DNA of 39,785 nucleotides from Macrostomum lignano (taxonomy: Eukaryota), in the NCBI GenBank assembly GCA_002269645.1, contig NIVC01003548.1, positions 1-39,785 on the forward strand, given 5' to 3'. Each line of letters opens with the position of its first letter. Positions within the stretch are counted from its first letter, which is position 1. Of this stretch, positions 33,901 through 39,785 are shown piece after piece. The translations under genes and the position numbers were made by a program. The notes under the pieces were generated by a model. That model saw nothing but the letters and a program-made list of their open reading frames with translations, searched no databases and was not told where the DNA came from.

Positions 33901-36900
33901 AAAGATGACGCAGAGCCCGCTACTCTCAGAATCTCTAACTAGCGCTGCGCTGTCAATATATAGAATTAAATGGAGAGCTTAGAAATGACACTCAATGGGG
34001 CTGATATACACAGGTGCAAAGATGACGCAGAGCCCGCTACTCTCAGAATCTCTAACTAGCGCTGCGCTGTCAATATATAGAATCAAATGGAGAGCTTAGA
34101 AATGACACTCAATGGGGCTGATATACACAGGTGCAAAGATGACGCAGAGCCCGCTACTCTCAGAATCTCTAACTAGCGCTGCGCTGTCAATATATAGAAT
34201 CAAATGGAGAGCTTAGAAATGACACTCAATGGGGCTGATATACACAGGTGCAAAGATGACGCAGAGCCCGCTACTCTCAGAATCTCTAACTAGCGCTGTC
34301 AATATATAGAATCAAATGGAGAGCTTAGAAATGACACTCAATGGGGCTGATATACACAGGTGCAAAGATGACGCAGAGCCCGCTACTCTCAGAATCTCTA
34401 ACTAGCGCTGCGCTGTCAATATATAGAATAAATGGAGAGCTTAGAAATGACACTCAATGGGGCTGATATACACAGGTGCAAAGATGACGCAGAGCCCGCT
34501 ACTCTCAGAATCTCTAACTAGCGCTGTCAATATATAGAATCAAATGGAGAGCTTAGAAATGACACTCAATGGGGCTGATATACACAGGTGCAAAGATGAC
34601 GCAGAGCCCGCTACTCTCAGAATCTCTAACTAGCGCTGCGCTGTCAATATATAGAATCAAATGGAGAGCTTAGAAATGACACTCAATGGGGCTGATATAC
34701 ACAGGTGCAAAGATGACGCAGAGCCCGCTACTCTCAGAATCTCTAACTAGCGCTGCGCTGTCAATATATAGAATTAAATGGAGAGCTTAGAAATGACACT
34801 CAATGGGGCTGATATACACAGGTGCAAAGATGACGCAGAGCCCGCTACTCTCAGAATCTCTAACTAGCGCTGCGCTGTCAATATATAGAATCAAATGGAG
34901 AGCTTAGAAATGACACTCAATGGGGCTGATATACACAGGTGCAAAGATGACGCAGAGCCCGCTACTCTCAGAATCTCTAACTAGCGCTGCGCTGTCAATA
35001 TATAGAATTAAATGGAGAGCTTAGAAATGACACTCAATGGGGCTGATATACACAGGTGCAAAGATGACGCAGAGCCCGCTACTCTCAGAATCTCTAACTA
35101 GCGCTGTCAATATATAGAATCAAATGGAGAGCTTCGAAATGACACTCAATGGGCTGATATACACAGGTGCAAAGATGACGCAGAGCCCGCTACTCTCAGA
35201 ATCTCTAACTAGCGCTGTGTCAATATATAGAATCAAATGGAGAGCTTAGAAATGACACTCAATGGGGCTGATATACACAGGTGCAAAGATGACGCAGAGC
35301 CGCTACTCTCAGAATCTCTAACTAGCGCTGTCAATATATAGAATCAAATGGAGAGCTTAGAAATGACACTCAATGGGGCTGATATACGCAGGTGCAAAGA
35401 TGACGCAGAGCCCGCTACTCCAGAATCTCTAACTAGCGCTGTCAATATATAGAATCAAATGGAGAGCTTAGAAATGACACTCAATGGGGCTGATATACGC
35501 AGGTGCAAAGATGACGCAGAGCCCGCTACTCTTAGAATCTCTAACTAGCGCTGTCAATATATAGAATCAAATAGAGAGCTTAGAAATGACACTCAATGGG
35601 GCTGATATACACAGGTGCAAAGATGACGCAGAGCCCGCTACTCTCAGAATCTCTAACTAGCGCTGTCAATATATAGAATCAAATGGAGAGCTTAGAAATG
35701 ACACTCAATGGGGCTGATATACGCAGGTGCAAAGATGACGCAGAGCCCGCTACTCCTCGAATCTTTAACTAGCGCTGTCAATATATAGAATCAAATGGAG
35801 AGCTTAGAAATGACACTCAATGGGGCTGATATACACAGGTGCAAAGATGACGCAGAGCCCGCTACTCTCAATCTCTAACTAGCGCTGTCAATATATAGAA
35901 TCAAATGGAGAGCTTAGAAATGACACTCAATGGGGCTGATATACACAGGTGCAAAGATGACGCAGAGCCCGCTACTCTCAGAATCTCTAACTAGCGCTGT
36001 CAATATATAGAATCAAATGGAGAGCTTAGAAATGACACTCAATGGGGCTGATATACGCAGGTGCAAAGATGACGCAGAGCCCGCTACTCTCAGAATCTCT
36101 AACTAGCGCTGTCAATATATAGAATCAAATGGAGAGCTTAGAAATGACACTCAATGGGGCTGATATACACAGGTGCAAAGATGACGCAGAGCCCGCTACT
36201 CTCAGAATCTCTAACTAGCGCTGTCAATATATAGAATCAAATGGAGAGCTTAGAAATGACACTCAATGGGGCTGATATACGCAGGTGCAAAGATGACGCA
36301 GAGCCCGCTACTCTCGAATCTCTAACTAGCGCTGTCAATATATAGAATCAAATGGAGAGCTTAGAAATGACACTCAATGGGGCTGATATACACAGGTGCA
36401 AAGATGACGCAGAGCCCGCTACTCTCAGAATCTCTAACTAGCGCTGCTGTCAATATATAGAATCAAATGGAGAGCTTAGAAATGACACTCAATGGGGCTG
36501 ATATACACAGGTGCAAAGATGACGCAGAGCCCGCTACTCTCAGAATCTCTAACTAGCGCTGCGCTGTCAATATATAGAATCAAATGGAGAGCTTAGAAAT
36601 GACACTCAATGGGGCTGATATACCAGGTGCAAAGATGACGCAGAGCCCGCTACTCTCAGAATCTCTAACTAGCGCTGTCAATATATAGAATCAAATGGAG
36701 AGCTTAGAAATGACACTCAATGGGGCTGATATACGCAGGTGCAAAGATGACGCAGAGCCCGCTACTCCTCAAATCTCTAACTAGCGCTGTCAATATATAG
36801 AATCAAATGGAGAGCTTAGAAATGACACTCAATGGGGCTGATATACGCAGGTGCAAAGATGACGCAGAGCCCGCTACTCTCAGAATCTCTAACTAGCGCT

Positions 36901-39785
36901 GCTGTCAATATATAGAATTAAATGGAGAGCTTAGAAATGACACTCAATGGGGCTGATATACACAGGTGCAAAGATGACGCAGAGCCCGCTACTCTCAGAA
37001 TCTCTAACTAGCGCTGCGCTGTCAATATATAGAATCAAATGGAGAGCTTAGAAATGACACTCAATGGGGCTGATATACACAGGTGCAAAGATGACGCAGA
37101 GCCCGCTACTCTCAGAATCTCTAACTAGCTGCGCTGTCAATATATAGAATTAAATGGAGAGCTTAGAAATGACACTCAATGGGGCTGATATACACAGGTG
37201 CAAAGATGACGCAGAGCCCGCTACTCTCAGAATCTCTAACTAGCACTGTCAATATATAGAATCAAATGGAGAGCTTAGAAATGACACTCAATGGGGCTGA
37301 TATACACAGGTGCAAAGATGACGCAGAGCCCGCTACTCTCAGAATCTCTAACTAGCGCTGCGCTGTCAATATATAGAATCAAATGGAGAGCTTAGAAATG
37401 ACACTCAATGGGCTGAATATAAAGATGACGCAGAGCCCGCTACTCTCAGAATCTCTAACTAGCGCTGTCAATATATAGAATCAAATGGAGAGCTTAGAAA
37501 TGACACTCAATGGGGCTGATATACGCAGGTGCAAAGATGACGCAGAGCCCGCTACTCTCAGAATCTCTAACTAGCGCTGTCAATATATAGAATCAAATGG
37601 AGAGCTTAGAAATGACACTCAATGGGGCTGATATACGCAGGTGCAAAGATGACGCAGAGCCCGCTACTCTCAGAATCTCTAACTAGCGCTGTCAATATAT
37701 AGAATCAAATAGAGAGCTTAGAAATGACACTCAATGGGGCTGATATACACAGGTGCAAAGATGACGCAGAGCCCGCTACTCTCAGAATCTCTAACTAGCG
37801 CTGTCAATATATAGAATCAAATGGAGAGCTTAGAAATGACACTCAATGGGGCTGATATACACAGGTGCAAAGATGACGCAGAGCCCGCTACTCTCAGAAT
37901 CTCTAACTAGCGCTGTCAATATATAGAATCAAATGGAGAGCTTAGAAATGACACTCAATGGGGCTGATATACGCAGGTGCAAAGATGACGCAGAGCCCGC
38001 TACTCTCAGAATCTCTAACTAGCGCTGTCAATATATAGAATCAAATGGAGAGCTTAGAAATGACACTCAATGGGGCTGATATACGCAGGTGCAAAGATGA
38101 CGCAGAGCCCGCTACTCTCAGAATCTCTAACTAGCGCTGTCAATATATAGAATCAAATGGAGAGCTTAGAAATGACACTCAATGGGGCTGATATACGCAG
38201 GTGCAAAGATGACGCAGAGCCCGCTACTCCTCGAATCTCTAACTAGCGCTGTCAATATATAGAATCAAATGGAGAGCTTAGAAATGACACTCAATGGGGC
38301 TGATATACGCAGGTGCAAAGATGACGCAGAGCCCGCTACTCTCAGAATCTCTAACTAGCGCTGTCAATATATAGAATCAAATGGAGAGCTTAGAAATGAC
38401 ACTCAATGGGGCTGATATACACAGGTGCAAAGATGACGCAGAGCCCGCTACTCTCAGAATCTCTAACTAGCGCTGTCAATATATAGAATCAAATGGAGAG
38501 CTTAGAAATGACACTCAATGGGCTGATATACACAGGTGCAAAGATGACGCAGAGCCCGCTACTCTCAGAATCTCTAACTAGCGCTGTCAATATATAGAAT
38601 CAAATGGAGAGCTTAGAAATGACACTCAATGGGGCTGATATACACAGGTGCAAAGATGACGCAGAGCCCGCTACTCTCAGAATCTCTAACTGCGCTGTCA
38701 ATATATAGAATCAAATGGAGAGCTTAGAAATGACACTCAATGGGGCTGATATACACAGGTGCAAAGATGACGCAGAGCCCGCTACTCTCAGAATCTCTAA
38801 CTAGCGCTGTCAATATATAGAATCAAATGGAGAGCTTAGAAATGACACTCAATGGGCTGATATACACAGGTGCAAAGATGACGCAGAGCCCGCTACTCTC
38901 AGAATCTCTAACTAGCGCTGCTGTCAATATATAGAATTAAATGGAGAGCTTAGAAATGACACTCAATGGGGCTGATATACACAGGTGCAAAGATGACGCA
39001 GAGCCCGCTACTCTCAGAATCTCTAACTAGCGCTGTCAATATATAGAATCAAATGGAGAGCTTAGAAATGACACTCAATGGGGCTGATATACACAGGTGC
39101 AAAGATGACGCAGAGCCCGCTACTCTCAGAATCTCTAACTAGCGCTGCGCTGTCAATATATAGAATCAAATGGAGAGCTTAGAAATGACACTCAATGGGG
39201 CTGATATACGCAGGTGCAAAGATGACGCAGAGCCCGCTACTCTCAGAATCTCTAACTAGCGCTGCGCTGTCAATATATAGAATCAAATGGAGAGCTTAGA
39301 AATGACACTCAATGGGGCTGATATACAGGTGCAAAGATGACGCAGAGCCCGCTACTCTCAGAATCTCTAACTAGCGCTGTCAATATATAGAATCAAATGG
39401 AGAGCTTAGAAATGACACTCAATGGGGCTGATATACGCAGGTGCAAAGATGACGCAGAGCCCGCTACTCTCAGAATCTCTAACTAGCGCTGTCAATATAT
39501 AGAATCAAATGGAGAGCTTAGAAATGACACTCAATGGGGCTGATATACGCAGGTGCAAAGATGACGCAGAGCCCGCTACTCCTCGAATCTTTAACTAGCG
39601 CTGTCAATATATAGAATCAAATGGAGAGCTTAGAAATGACACTCAATGGGGCTGATATACACAGGTGCAAAGATGACGCAGAGCCCGCTACTCTCAGAAT
39701 CTCTAACTAGCGCTGCTGTCAATATATAGAATCAAATGGAGAGCTTAGAAATGACACTCAATGGGGCTGATATACCACAGGTGCA
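30999..39785. repeat. 112/117-bp satellite array, roughly 77 units, running off the window end
   Basis: AGAAATGACACTCAATGGGG starts at 30999, 31111, 31223 and 31895 (period 112), then 32012 (period 117, a 5-bp duplication giving AGCGCTGCGCTGTC). Confidence 0.99.

Noticed and set aside
30999-39785. CRISPR array, or spliced-leader/snRNA gene array
   Set aside because: There are no unique spacers or cas genes, the context is eukaryotic, and I saw no recognisable SL or snRNA motif in the unit.

Overview
Eukaryotic (invertebrate animal) genomic DNA; the GC-rich exons and minisatellite-filled introns are reminiscent of flatworm assemblies such as Macrostomum, but this is inference only. The main result is a tandem cluster of three two-exon genes on the + strand (5229-5557, 6484-7042, 9526-10979) that the ORF track misses because the exons are short. 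Each splices through a phase-2 GT-AG intron into a secreted precursor: signal peptide, propeptide, then a C-C-CC-C-C inhibitor-cystine-knot (knottin) domain. 0.1-5.1 kb is a nest of DNA transposon remnants: PIF/Harbinger derivatives, two hAT-type MITEs with 8-bp target-site duplications (TSDs), and a truncated Crypton. A tRNA-derived SINE follows knottin 1. At 13070-15625 is a young, internally deleted BEL/Pao LTR element with a 5-bp TSD, 257/259 identical LTRs and a tRNA-iMet primer site. A frame-consistent 7-exon gene encodes a coiled-coil protein of about 880 aa (18920-27925), and each of its introns carries a different minisatellite. There is also a small candidate minus-strand gene (29.1-29.9 kb) and a 112/117-bp satellite array from 30999 to the window end. 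All gene models were built by hand from splice consensus and reading frame and have no transcript support.
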